Position numbers and translations under genes: made by a program. Of a DNA stretch of 64,000 bases, positions 50,631 through 64,000 are shown piece after piece. The stretch is taken from assembly GCF_009914755.1 (NCBI RefSeq), contig NC_060938.1, one strand, 5' to 3'. Origin of the DNA: the human T2T-CHM13v2.0 reference genome, Homo sapiens. Numbering within the stretch: position 1 is the first letter of the stretch; every line of letters begins with the position of its first letter. Below the pieces are notes generated by a model. The model did no database searches. It worked only from the letters and a program-made list of their open reading frames with translations, and was not told the origin of the DNA.

Positions 50631-51217
50631 GAGAACAAATGTGTACTTCAACCAGCAAGCAACCAGGATACATTGGAGCAGTAGGCTCAGAAATGATCAA
50701 TATATAAATCAAGTTATATACATGTTCTCCTACTGATATCAAATCTCAGATATTACACCTTAATCCCAAATAGAAAAATTAATTGTTTCAAATTTTTAAA
50801 AAGAAAATGGTTAATTATAGAGGATGTGGCATAAATTTCCCTGCAATTTATTATTATTTGTTCCTCTAATCTCGTAAGAAATATCTGCTCGATATCAAGA
50901 GTGAATTTCAGGCTTTTATGATGTTGATGCTAAAAATTTAGATACAAATATAGATCTTTTATATTACCAATTTTATACTATTATTACTAAAATGCATTAT
51001 TTTGTATTTGGTATCATCATATAGTGACATTTAATAACTGTTGAAGATGTGTAGAGATAATGGTTTTGGTGGTATATGTGATAAATTGATTTAATGTTTG
51101 TTTTGCTGAAAAAAGTAAGAAGTACTTTAAAAAACTGAAGAGAAGCTTTTTACTCCTTTTATATATTTTCCCTGAAACTTTTAGCCACCACAGTCATCAA
51201 CCATTGATCATTTTGCA

Positions 51218-51219
51218 GA

Positions 51220-51265
<46 letters not shown>
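51218..51265 (+). repeat. (CA)n microsatellite
   Basis: Direct observation. Confidence 0.95.
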
Positions 51266-51267
<2 letters not shown>

Positions 51268-54169
51268 GTCAGTTACAGGTGAAAGCATAAGACGAAGACA
51301 AAAATGTCACTTCTTTCCATTATTTGTACTACAAAAATCTGATGATATGCTTGATACTTTTCTGTGTGCTTGTGTGTTGAGTTTTAGTTAAGGCATTTGT
51401 GACATTAACTTGTTACTGATGAAGTAAAAACTTCTACTAAATATTGGAGATAATATATACTATATTTATTTGAGGGAGAAATAGGTCATGGTTATACATA
51501 AGATAAAAAAGAAACCTTCCTCACTGTTCTTTTATGTATAGACATATATCTGTGCATCTTAATTGAGTGTCAGGTGCTAAGAAAATGTTAATTCCTCAGA
51601 AAATATTAAGGATTCAGCTAATCAGCCAATTTTAAAACAGTAAGATCATTACCTTAAACTATTATAGTATTAGTAAGTAATAATAATAATAATAATAACA
51701 CAAAGGTTTTCATTTAAGATTTATTAAGTATCAAGGATTATCTTAGGTCTTTAAATGCATTAATGCTTTATAGCCTAAGGAATTGCTACTATTATATATG
51801 AGAAAACAGCACACAGATAGTAAATTCCAGAGTTGGGATTTTTATCTGATACACAAAATACTGAAGTATCTAAATGACATATTCATATAGTAAGAGTGTT
51901 TTTGTTCTAAATAATAGACATTGCAAATGAAGTTATATTTCTAAGGTATAGGTTTCTCATCAAATTGAAACTTTAAAGAGAGACATTGTCCTTTTATCAG
52001 GGATCATAAAAACGTTCTTTTCCTGATGAGGAGTTCTCTCTCTGTTTCATGTCAGCTACTTAAAGATATTAAAATAAAAGAAACATATTTTTTATTAAAG
52101 GCAAATTCATGCACCTGCTAACCAATATTTTATTTCAAAGGGAAAATTGTTATTTTATTCTGTTTGTATTGTCTCAGAAAGCAAACACAAATATTGTTAC
52201 AACATCTGTGTTTCTATTTGTTTTTAGCTTTTTAGTAAATACTGTAAAATGAGTGCAGTAGCTGGATTTATATCTCCAAAGAGTAGTAAACAGGAGACAA
52301 TTAAAGGGTAATTATTTCCACCTGCTGAACTTCATTTTGAGGCGACTTGATTAATTAACAGCAAAAATCTATCATCATTAGACCCAGAATCTTTTATTTT
52401 CTTTCTCAAAACACCAAAATACTATTAACATTAGTTTGGAACAGGGTCTTCTGTCCATTTTCTGGGTCATTGCTCCCAAACTCATTACCCATATAATTGG
52501 AAAATATGACTACTGATGATCAATGTGAAAACACGTTTTGTCTCGTAAAATTAGTAATGATTTTGTAAAATGGAAAAATGTACTTGAGAAAAAAGAGGAA
52601 CCTAGTATTCTGGATTATTATACTGAATGATTCAGTCATTACTCATTCAAGAGAGGAAATATTTTTATTCTAATCAAATATATTTTTATATTTTTTAAAG
52701 AAAATATTGTTATATACTGAGAGATCTGCTTGTGTCCTGCATGGGTTTTAAATCTTGCTTCTTTAATACAAAAATTATACATGGCTATGTTTTAGGTCAA
52801 TTATATCTAGATTTCTCCTGATTTAAAATTGTGTAGAAATAAGTAGCTCTGATCCTTGGCTCTTTTTCTCTCCTCTCAGATTATATATTGCAATACTGTG
52901 TGAACTTTCTAATCAAAGCATACTACTGGGGCATTTCCCATTTTTAATCTTCATTATATGTGTAAGGCAATAAAGAAAGGCCAGCATGGCAGTTGAAGAG
53001 CAGCGAAAATGCAAAGGATTGTTTTCTTCTTAAAAAATTCATGATCATGCTGGCAGAACAACCCAACAATGAGCGTTAGAAAATTTTGTAAATTTCGTAA
53101 ATCCATATTGACAAGTTCAATCTTGCAAATGCTATGTGAATCATGCTCAAAAACTTCATTCTGCTTTTCATCTCTTTTGTAAAAGTAGAAAGTGTGCTGC
53201 AAATAAGCATTTACACTTCTGAAAGCTTAATTTTCTCACTTTTGAATTCACAGCATTACATTTGCCTTTGTCATTATGAGTACTGGTTTGGGGAGAGGAG
53301 GCACAGATCTCTCCAATTCTTCTTACGATTTGGTTGCTATATTTTATTAGAAATCATGCTCTGCTTGTTGTAAGTATGTCATTGTGGGATGTATTTAGCT
53401 AGTCTCCTTCCAGGACAGCAGCTGGGAGACTGAGAGGAGGTAATCCACAGTTAGGGTGTGTTTCTGCTGCAACCTCAACCAAGATCATCATGTGAATGAC
53501 ATGAGCCAGTTTTTCAAATGAATTAAAAATATAAATAAGTCCAGTTTATATGTAGATGAGTTCCTCTCCTTCATGATCTCTTTCCTGTGAAGTTACTCAT
53601 CCACCCTACCCTCATTTTTTTTTTTAATTTGAAGGTGACACTTTTATATCATCTCCTGGTAACATCATATTTTTCTTCACTTTCTCTTTAATGAGGAATG
53701 CTTAGGAATAAGTGAATATTTACATGTAATGTGATTATCCCTCCACAAAGGAGGTTATAACATTGTTATCTATATAAGAATCTACATATATAGGTATTAA
53801 AAGTTACAGCTTAAAAAGAAATGCACAAATGATTAGATATTGCTAGATTTCACAGGTCTATGGTTAGCAACCTCACTTGAAGCTTCCAAACAATTCCTAA
53901 ACCAAAAATAATTAGTAATTAATTTATTTTAGTCAATAACTTTTCAAGCCAGGTCTATCTGAAATTATAGTCTTTCCTCCTTCAGTTGCTTGTCTCAGTT
54001 ATTATTCTCACTCCCAAAAGAAAGCATGCTTATTTCTTTTAATGACATCATATTAAGACTTCATAATTTTAATTTATTTTCTATGAAGTAGAAGGAGAAG
54101 AAGAACAAAGAGGAAGAAAGAGAGAGAGAAAGAGGAAAGGGAAGCCTGTAGGTACTTTGTAAGCGATAT

Positions 54170-54420
54170 GATCTTTAGTGTTTAAGCATATGGGATTTGA
54201 ATTATCAAGAAATCTGAATTATCAACTACCTGGGTTCAAATCCAAGTGCTGCCAATTTAGGAGTCCTGAGTTTGGGAAAATTACCTATCTTAGTTTGTGG
54301 CTCAATTTCCTACATGAGTTAATTACCCACATTTTGATTTTTCTCTTATACGACTTAATACCGTTCGAATTTCTTAGCATAGGGTCTTGCATATGATAAA
54401 CTCTTAGATATTCTTAACAA
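54170..54420 (+). mobile_element. MIR
   Basis: 'acctgggttcaaatccaagtgctgccaatttag..tttgggaaaattaccta..ctcaatttcctaca'. Confidence 0.7.
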
Positions 54421-54500
54421 TTAAATAATAACTCCGTGGTCTTAAAACTAACTTTGGTCAGGTTTAAATCTAAACAGAACTCAATTTGAGATGCTGCTTA

Positions 54501-54758
<258 letters not shown>

Positions 54759-55369
54759 TTATCCTGGAATTTGGACTAAAAACTAGGCAATTTTAATTTA
54801 GGGAGTCCAATTTTAAACTCATAACTTACTGTAAAATTCAGTTCTTGAGGTTCCTCGATGACACATCTGGAAAAAATGGAATTCTTTGGCACAGAAAAAA
54901 TTTTACATATGGTAATGTCTGATTTGTGATACTGTTGTTTGGCCTCACAGTTGATCCCGTGATAGAACAATCCAGATGTTGCAGTAAGCCATATGGCCAA
55001 CATGGTCTTGCTAATGTATGTAGTAATGGATCAGCTCTTGGTGATGTTATCAATAACCAGATCAGAAGAGTGATGCAATGCAGATGGCGTATCATATTAT
55101 GTGTTTATAGTATAAAAATGACTCCAGATCATGTATGCATGGCAGTTTTGTTCTATGGCCTTTCCATTATTGTTTAACAAGGTCTGAGTTACGAATAAGT
55201 GTAAATAACTTAAGAAGAAGTAATCTATATCCACCAGCAGCACCTGCCTGTGAGACTAAAATCTGAATCTGACCAATGAAACATTTTCAACAGAAAAATG
55301 CCAGCAGGATTTTAAGGGTAGGTAAAACAAGCATCACTGGAGAGGAAGATTTGCCTTTTCAATTTCCTA

Positions 55370-55552
55370 CTTCAAAGTCTAGCCTTGCCACTAACTGTGT
55401 GAACCTGGGAAAGTTACTTAAATTCTCCATGTTTCAGTTTTCTAATCTGTAAAAAAGGAAAGATGTTAATACCCTCTCAAAGAGGTATTGTGAGATTTGA
55501 AGGAGTCCATGCATGAAAGCCACATACAATAGTGCCCGACACATGATAAACT
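55370..55552 (+). mobile_element. MIR
   Basis: 'gccactaactgtgtgaacctgggaaagttacttaa..tttcagttttctaatctgtaaaa...agtgcccgacacat'. Confidence 0.8.
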
Positions 55553-56407
55553 CAAAATTGAAAACCTGAGCAGATATAAAAAACATATGAAGTATATAGA
55601 GATTAGGAAGAAAGGATACTCAAGATCTATCCCCAGTATGTATCAAGTAGTTGGCATAGTATCTTATCTAACCTTATTTCCCAGTCCCAAATTATGACCC
55701 CATTATAACTTTACTTCCTCCATAAAAAATATTTTAATTTTAATTTTATGATTATATTGTATGAAGACAAATATGTTAATATATATAAAACATGATTTCA
55801 CCTAAATATTTAGGTTTGCTTTCTCCTGATTTTAAAAGAAATTACAATATTTTCACTGGTTCCTGAAATTCTGACGAGCCCGAGCCACTGTGGCTAATGG
55901 AGAAGCTGCCCTGCATCAAAGACCATTATTTCCATTTAACTTGAAAATCAGAAGGGTTAAGAAACTTAATGCATATTTACAAATTTAACATGTGGCCAAA
56001 CAAGGACATAAATTCAAGTTTAACTCTGGAGGGCATGCTCTTCCCTTTTCATCTCGGTGCTTCTGCAGGGGAAATCCATCTGAAATGCACCAGGTTTTCC
56101 TTTGCCACTACCCCTCATCACACTCCCCGGGCCATCTTCTCCAGCTCAGCTTTCTCTTGCTGGTATTTCTCTTGCTAGGTCTGATCTCTTCCCTTAACAT
56201 ATCCAGAAAGTCCCTCTTTCTTCCAGTATTCAAATATTATTTATTCCCTTCTAGTTAGTAACCACATTAAAAGCAATCAAACAGGCTACATTTCAGGAAG
56301 GTATTAATGACCAATAATGGCATAGGCGCCCCCTTCAAGAATATTCCTATTTTAGTCAAAGAATCCTGAAGTTGAAAGTCTTTCATGTGAAAGATTGCCT
56401 TGATAAT

Positions 56408-56820
56408 TGATTTTATTTGCTACAGCTGCAGTAACAAAGCACCACAAATTGGGTGGCTTAAAAAACAAAAATGGATTATCTCACAGATCTGGAGGCTAGA
56501 TGCTCAAATTCAAAACATTGGCAGAATATGCTGAGGGCTGTTGAAGGAAGGATCTGTTATAGTCTTCTTTTCTTGGCTTATAAATCTGTCTTTTCTATTT
56601 TCTCTGGGTCTCTGCACATTGTTTTCCTTCTATGTGTGTTAGTACAAATTTCCCTTATTTATAAGGGGAAGTCATATTGGATTGGAGCCCACCTTAATGA
56701 CCTCTTATTAACTTGATTACATCTGTGAAGACCCTACTTCCACCTAATGGTAATTTATGAGGTAATGGGGGTTAGGATGTCAACATATGAATTTGGGGTG
56801 ATACATCTTAATCCATAATA
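56408..56820 (-). mobile_element. MLT1B/C-like solo LTR
   Basis: 'gctgcagtaacaaagcaccacaaattgggtggcttaaa...gttaggatgtcaacatatgaatttgggg'. Confidence 0.8.
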
Positions 56821-57119
56821 GTAATATTATAGATTGAAATATAATAAAATACCAATTGTGGAGAACTTTTTGAGTAGAATATATTTGTTCAACTTCCCTG
56901 ATAACATCTATTAATAACAAAGAAAAAAGTCCCATCAATCTCATCATGGGCAATGCCTGCATTCAGAACCAATACCTTCCTTTTCTAGTATGCCACCAAA
57001 TACCCTTTGCTGACTTTCTATTCCACCCTATTCACCTCTAACCACCTTTCTGTTCTGCCCTTTGTAAATGAATACAAGCATATTAATATTATGAGATGAA
57101 GGACTATAATGCATCTAAA

Positions 57120-57355
57120 CCAGGATTTCACAACTTTGGCTCTACTAGCATTTGAGGCCAGATAAATTTTTGTTGTCAGGGGATAGGCCATCATGGTAGG
57201 ACATTCAGCCTCATCCTTAGCTTCTGCTGATGAGATGCTAATAGGGTCCCCTTCTCACAAGATAGGATAACCCAAAGTGTCTCTAGACATTATCAAATGC
57301 CCTTGGGCTGCATGGGAACGTTGGGGCAAAATCACCTCCAGTTGAAGATGACTTC
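57120..57355 (+). mobile_element. MER20 (hAT-Charlie non-autonomous DNA transposon)
   Basis: 'gcatttgaggccagataaatttttgttgt..tgtctctagacattatcaaatg..ggggcaaaatcacctccagttga'. Confidence 0.8.
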
Positions 57356-58102
57356 TATGAACAAATGTAATTGAAAATCTTAGGCCAACAAGGTAGTAAC
57401 AGTTACTTTATAGAAGCTTTATATTAGGATAATCCCCAAAGAAGTTTAATATCTTTTAGAACAAGTCTATAATCTTTTTCCTTTAAGACAAAGTAGGAGC
57501 TAAAAGAGGTTGAGCACCAACACCTACTAATAAAAACTTTATGGTACTTGAACAATAATGCTGACTGAACTTAATGGTTAATAAAACAGAATTGTGTCTT
57601 TCCCCCACTCCTTAGACTGGGAGCTGAATGATTTGCCCCTTTTCATGCCTATGATCTTTTAGAAACTATGCATGCTTATAACACTGATAAAGCCAATTTA
57701 TTGTGATGTGTTTATTTTACCATAATTAGTAAATAACAATTATTTTCTGAATATTTTGTGTGAAATGTCAAGGAGAGAGTTCCATTTTAGAAGTCAAAAT
57801 AAAGTCTCTTACTTCTATCCCTAGCCTGTTGTTTTACATCATTCCTGCTTCTGTAACAAAATACTTTATTCTGTGTAATTTATAAACAACACAAATTTAT
57901 TTGTCACAATTCTGGATACTGGGAAGTTCAAGATCTAGGCACCAGCAAATTTGGTATCTGGCAAAGCCTGCTCTCTGCTTCCAGGATGGTGCTTTCTCAC
58001 TGTATCCTTACATGGCAGAAGAAATGGAAGGGAGTAAGGGGCTTGGGGGTCTCTCCTCAACCTCTTTCTAAGCTTGTTAATATCATTCATGAGGGTTCCA
58101 CC

Positions 58103-58456
58103 TAATATGGTTTGGCTGTGTCCCCATCCAAAACTCATCTGGAATTGTAGCTCCCATAATTCCTACGTGTTGTGGGAGGGACCCAGTGGGAGATAATTGA
58201 ATCATGGGGGCAGTTTCGTTACTGTTCTCAGGGTAGTGAATAAGCCGCATGAGATCTGATGATTTTATAGGGGGTTTCTCCTTTCACTTGGCTCTCATTC
58301 TCTCTTGTCTGCTGCCATGTAAGATGTGCCTTTTGCCTTCTGCCATGATTGTGAGGCCTCCCCAGCCACATGGAACTATGAGTTCACTAAACCTCTTTTT
58401 CTTCATAAATTACCCAGGTATGTCTTTCTCAGCAGCAAGAAAATTGATTAATAAAC
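58103..58456 (+). mobile_element. THE1B-like solo LTR nested antisense in the MaLR 3' LTR
   Basis: 'atatggtttggctgtgtcccca..gaattgtagctcccataattc...gattgtgaggcctccccagccac'. Confidence 0.9.
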
Positions 58457-59681
58457 ACTCCTTATGACTTAATCACCTTTCAAAGGCCCAATATCTTGAC
58501 ATATTGGGAATTAAGTTTGAACATGAATTTTGAAGGGAACACAAAAATTCAAACCATAGCATTCCACACCAGCCCCCTAAAATTCATGTTCTTCTCACAC
58601 AAAGAATAGCTTCATTTCATCCCATAGCCCCAAAAGTCTTAACTGTTCTCGCATTAACTTTAAAACCTAAGCCCCAAAGTCTCATCTAAATATCATCTAA
58701 ATAAGATATGGGTGACACTCAGGGTACAGTCATTGAAGTAAATTAGTCTTCATTTGTGGACCTATGAAAATAAGCAAGTTATGTGCTTCCAAAATACAAT
58801 AGTTGTACAAGCACAGGATAGATATTCCCCTTCCAAAAAAGAGAAAATAGAAAAGAAGAAAGGGATAATAGGTCCTGGAGTAATCCAAAACCCAAAGAGG
58901 CCAACATTAAATCTAAGGCTTGAGAATAATCTTCTTTGACTTTATTCCCTGCCTTCTAGACATACTAAGACAATGTTGGGCCCCAAAGGCCCCAAGAAGC
59001 TCTGTCCCATGACGATGCTGGGTGCAGCCTTCATGCATTGGAGTTAGGTACCTGCATCTCTCTCTGGCTGCTGTTGCACTCTAATGGCTGCCCCAGTCTG
59101 GGGTCTCTGGGGTGGCCCTGCCTCCATGGCTCCACTCAGCATTGCCCTAATGGGGACTCTGTGCAGCAATCCTGCCTTTGTGGTACTTCTCTCTCTGGGG
59201 CCCAAGGCTCTCTGAGGCATCCTTCGAAATCCAGATGGAGTCAGCTGTACTTCTACAGCTCAGGCATTCTATGTGCCTGCACAGTTAACACCATGTGGCC
59301 ACTGCCAAAGTTTACCCCAGTACCCTTTGGCACAGTGGCCTGAGCCACACTTGGGCCTGGTCAAAACACAGCTAGAAAGGACAAAGAGCACTGTACCAGA
59401 ATTCAGGAAGCAGAGATGTGTGGCAGCACTGGGCAGTGAACCAGTGAACCCCAAGGTCCCAGGGGTGCCCTGGGTCCCTCCTTGAAACTGTTTTGTCCTC
59501 AAGCTCCTGACACTCTGGTCCCGTGATGAAAGTGGCAGTCTTGAAGATCTCTGAAATGACTGAGGTCATTCTTTCATTGTCTTGTGAACAGTATCTGGCT
59601 TCTTATACCCATGCTAATCTCCTTATCAAATGCTTATTTTGCCAGTTTCTTGGCATTCTCTCTTGACCATGCCTTTTTATT

Positions 59682-59986
59682 TATTATTATTATTATTATC
59701 ATTATTTGAGACGGAGTCTCACTCTGTTGCCCAGGATGGAGTGCAGTGGTGCGATCTCGGCTCACTGCAAGCTCGTCTCCCGGGTTCAAGCAATTCTCCT
59801 GCCTCAGCCTCCCAAGTAGCTGGGACTACAGGTGCCCGCCACCACACGGCTAATTTTTTGTATTTTTCAGTAGAGACAGGGTTTCACCATATTAGCCAGG
59901 ATGGTCTTGATCTCCTGACATCGTGATCCGCCTGCCTTGGCCTCCCAAAGTGCTGGGATTACAGGTGTGAGCCACCGCGCCCAGCT
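59682..59986 (-). mobile_element. AluSc/Y-like in the MaLR internal region
   Basis: (TTA)n tail; 'ttagccaggatggtcttgatctcctgac'; TSD 'gcctttttatt' at 59671 and 59991. Confidence 0.95.
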
Positions 59987-60371
59987 GGCCGCCTTTTTAT
60001 TCTTTACAAGCACAGCCAGCCTAAGAATTTTTGAAATCTCCGAGTTCTGCTTCTCTTCTAATTATAAACTTCATTGTTAATTTGTTAGTCTCTTCTTGCA
60101 TTTTAGTATAAGCAATCAAGAGATGCCACACTACACCCTCAACACCTTGCTTAGATGTTTTTTGCAACAAATATCCTACTTCATCGCTCTTAAGTTCTGT
60201 CTTCCACAAAACATGGGACAAAGACACAATTCATTCAAATTGGCCTTTTCTCCATTTTCCATTTTTTATTCCTAATTTTCCTCTGAGACTTTATCAAAAT
60301 TGTCTTCACTGTCTATACTTTCACCAACATTTTGATCTCAATCACTTAGACTGTCTTTAAAGAAAGTTCAG

Positions 60372-60678
<307 letters not shown>

Positions 60679-60757
60679 TCAGACTGTACCTACAGTTCTC
60701 CTTTTCTTCTGCATCCACACCAGAAATGCTCTTAACATTCCATTCATGGCAATATAG

Positions 60758-60839
60758 GTTTTTTTATTTTTTTGAGTTGGAGTCTTGGTCTGTTGCCCAG
60801 GCTGGAGTGCAGTGGCACAATCTTGACTCCCTGCAACCT
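60758..60839 (-). mobile_element. Severely 5'-truncated Alu (~70 bp) with TSD
   Basis: Right-arm 3' end only; TSD 'caatatag' at 60750-60757 and 60840-60847. Confidence 0.85.
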
Positions 60840-62914
60840 CAATATAGACTTCTTTAGCATTCACTTCTGAACTCTTTCAACCTTCACCCATAGTTCTAAA
60901 GCTGCTTCTATATTTTTAGGTATTTGTTGTAGCAATACCTCACTTCTCTGTACCAATTTCTATTTTAGTCTTTCCTGCTGCTATTAAAATATAGACTGGG
61001 TAATTTATAAATAACACAAATTTATTTCTCAGAGTTCTGGAGGCTGAGATGTCCAAGATTTTGATATCAGCAGATCTGGTGTCAGGTGAGGACACAGTCT
61101 TCGCTTACAAAAAGTTACCTTGAATATTGTGTCCTCGCATAGTAGAAAGGGGGAAATGGCCTAGGATGCACCTTCCAGTTTCTTTTATAAGGTTTCTAAT
61201 CCCATTTATGAGGGCTTCATTTTTATGATTGAGTCACCTCTTAATATTGTTGCAATGGGAATTTTCAACGTGAATTTTGAAGGATACACAAACATTCAAA
61301 CCACAGCACCTGTCACTATTCATGCTATACGTTTATGTTTGCTTGCTTTCGTTCATGGGTTCATTCATTGATTATTTCACTCAGTCTTTATTCATTAAAT
61401 TTTGATGAGTATCTGTTGAATATAAGATGTTAGGCCATACATTGTAGGAGTAAAATTATTATAGATTAATAGATACATGTGATGAGTGTTATTATTGAGG
61501 AAAACACAAGATACAGAGGAAACAGAACTTGGCAAGTAAAACAAAATTTGCCACAGTAATTGGTTCAGAAGAGGAAATCTAGTCTAGGCTTATCTAATAC
61601 AAATGTAAGTCAAGATTTTTGTTCTGTGATTTGGAAAAGAAAAAAATGTCCCTCTTCGACATGAATAAGAATTTCAGTAGCCTTGGTGGTTGCTGGCTGT
61701 TGACTCACAACCACAGAGAGAATCTGCCTTTGGTCGAGGAAGCAGAATCGCAGAGCAGAGAGATGAAAGGAAGCTTAATAATGCTACTTTATAGCATCAT
61801 TAAGTAACCAGATAAACTTTTTTAAAAAAAATCTCAAAATATTACTATTTTCTTATACTGTGTCAATTATTTCTCTCTTTTAAGGAAATCATTTGTGTAG
61901 AGTGTTTACAGTTTACTGCTAAAAACATTCTATCCAATTTAATTCCTCCTTAGATGAAGACACCAACAAGGAAGTAGAAATATTGTGTTGTGTTATTTGT
62001 TTTGTTTTTTTCTGCTTTCAGTTTCTCTAGGCTCTTTATTTTATGTAGGTTAAACATCTCTCCTTGGTTAATGTGAAGAATGGAAAGTTTATATATGCCC
62101 CTTAGGGGACAAACTCCATTTATGTGCTGTGGGTAAAGCTAATTCTATGACTTCTGTCTAGTTGTGTCTTATTTGTACCAAACAAAGGTATAGCTTTATG
62201 CTGGCCTGAGGGCCTCTAATAAGCATCATGTTGATGGTCCAATCATTCTAATCCACACCTCACATTTCCATAACCATTACATAACCATAACCATGGTTAC
62301 ATTCCATAACCATAACACTTACATCTCTGTCTCACATCTCAGACTCCTGAGGAATAGTTTTGAATGTTGGTCTTTTTTTTTGGGAGCTGAGAAATAGAAA
62401 TAGTCTTAGAAAATAAAATGTATAATTTTAGGCCTGGAAAACATTGTTTATTACAGAATAAAATGTGGACACTTCAAGCCTTTGAAGAAATTATGATAAA
62501 AATAAAAGGACTCCTACTTTTCCTGTATGTGTGACCTGTTCTACAATAGCCATGGAACTGACTTGGGTCCAAGTGGGACACAGTGGACCCTGCAAGCTTC
62601 TCAGATGCTCCACCCTCATCTGTGCTCTAGTCTGTCAATTCATTTTGGGAAGTGCAAAAATTTACTCATCTATTCTTTCAACCAGCCTGAAGAACTACTG
62701 CCCAAACATTTCTATAACACTCCCTCTATATCAATTTCCAGATTAGCAAACTCTGCCGATGGTTTGTTTTGATCAAATGCATCACTGTAGAAGACTGCAT
62801 TTGACAGAGAAAAGTGTGACTTATAAATTTCTGAAAGTTGTCATCTTTTCTGTTGATGGTATTTATTCACAAATGCAAATGTTGGAAAAACCAATTCTTG
62901 GGATTTGTCTTTAC

Positions 62915-62962
62915 AGTCTATCTCTTATCTATCTATCTATCTATCTACCTATCTACCTATCA
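62915..62962 (+). repeat. (CTAT)n tetranucleotide repeat
   Basis: Direct observation. Confidence 0.9.
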
Positions 62963-62980
62963 ATTTATTTATCTAAATTT

Positions 62981-63653
62981 ATTTTTTATTATACTTTAAG
63001 TTCTGGGATACATGTGCAGAATGTGCAGTTTTGTTACATAGGTATACACATGCCATGGTAGTTTGCTGCACCCATCAACCCGTCATCTACGTTAGGTATT
63101 TGTCCTAATGCTATCCCTCCCGTAGCCCCCAACCCCCGCAAAAGGCCCCGGTGTGTGATGTTCCCCTCACTGTCTTCATGTGTCTCATTGTTCAAGTTCC
63201 ACTTATGAGTGAGAACACGCAGTGTTTGGTTTTCTGTTCCTGTGTTAGTTTGCTGAGAAAAAGGCCTTCAGTAAAATTCAACACCCCTTCATGCTAAAAA
63301 CTCTCAATAAACTAGGTATTGATGGAACGTATCTAAAAATAATAAGAGCTATTTATGACAAACCCACAGCCAATATCATACTGAATGGGCAAAAACTGGA
63401 AGCATTCCCTTTGAAAATCAGTACAAGATAAAGATGCCCTCTCTTACCACTCCTATTCAACATAGTATTGGAAGTTCTGGCCAGGACAATCAGGCAAGAG
63501 AAAGGAATGAAGGGTATTCAAATGGGAAGAGAGGAAGTCAAATTGTCTCTGTTTGCAGATGACATTATTCTATATTTAGAAAGCCCTATCATCTCAGCCC
63601 AAAATCTCCTTAAGCTGATAAGCAACTTCAGCAAATTCTCAGTATACAAAACC
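62981..63653 (-). mobile_element. L1PA7-like LINE-1, truncated, with 5' inversion (62981-63259 3' end on minus; 63256-63651 ORF2 piece on plus)
   Basis: 3' UTR 'gtttgctgcacccatcaacccgtcatctac'; ORF 63468..63725 contains LSLFADD; TSD 'tatttatctaaattt' at 62966-62980 and 63654-63668. Confidence 0.93.
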
Positions 63654-64000
63654 TATTTATCTAAATTTCTAAAGAAACTCCATCCCCTCAGTCTTTGCTT
63701 TGTTCACATAACATGTACATATTAGAAATCTCTCTAAGTCAATTTCAATAGATCGAATTTGTTCTCTTGATGGGTGCATTCGATGGTGTGACTGGGCCTA
63801 ATATTTATAACCATTAGCCTACTAATGAACATTACTATTGTTTCAAGGATTGATGGTACAAACATGATGTTGATAAACATCCTTATATGCAAATCCTTAC
63901 ATTTTGTTGATTTTTATTTTTCTTGGGTCTAAATTGATTCATTGATGGGTATATTATTTTATTTATTATGTACATACTAAAATAAATACTGACAGATTAC

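Noticed and set aside
55690-55915. Possible hAT DNA-transposon end ('...gaagctgccctg')
   Set aside because: Could not identify the family or a partner terminal repeat.
62265-62322. (CATAAC)-type short tandem repeats with the palindrome 'taaccatggtta'
   Set aside because: Irregular slippage repeat; no spacer structure, not CRISPR-like or clearly telomeric.

Overview
AT-rich, CpG-depleted primate (probably human or great-ape) intergenic or deep-intronic DNA, dominated by transposable elements: young and old LINE-1, Alu/FLAM, MaLR LTRs (THE1, MST, MLT1), MIR, HAL1, MER20, MADE2 and microsatellites. I recognise no host protein-coding exon or RNA gene. All long ORFs in the track are broken L1 ORF1/ORF2 or antisense reads of repeats. 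I found no new gene system; the interest lies in retrotransposition architecture. (1) Two L1PA4/5-age elements in inverted orientation about 12.5 kb apart share at least 11 substitutions that depart from the L1 consensus as I recall it. (2) A twin-primed L1PA2 carries a ~61-bp 3' transduction and sits in a THE1A LTR inside an old L1M. (3) There are three 5'-inverted L1s in total, and a fourth L1 has an inverted tail-like tract at its 5' junction. (4) A complete LTR-internal-LTR MaLR provirus retains a perfect 5-bp TSD. (5) A diverged ~65-bp direct repeat in unique DNA has microexon-like splice signals. Subfamily names are from remembered consensus features and need RepeatMasker/Dfam confirmation. 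Boundaries of old repeats are approximate.
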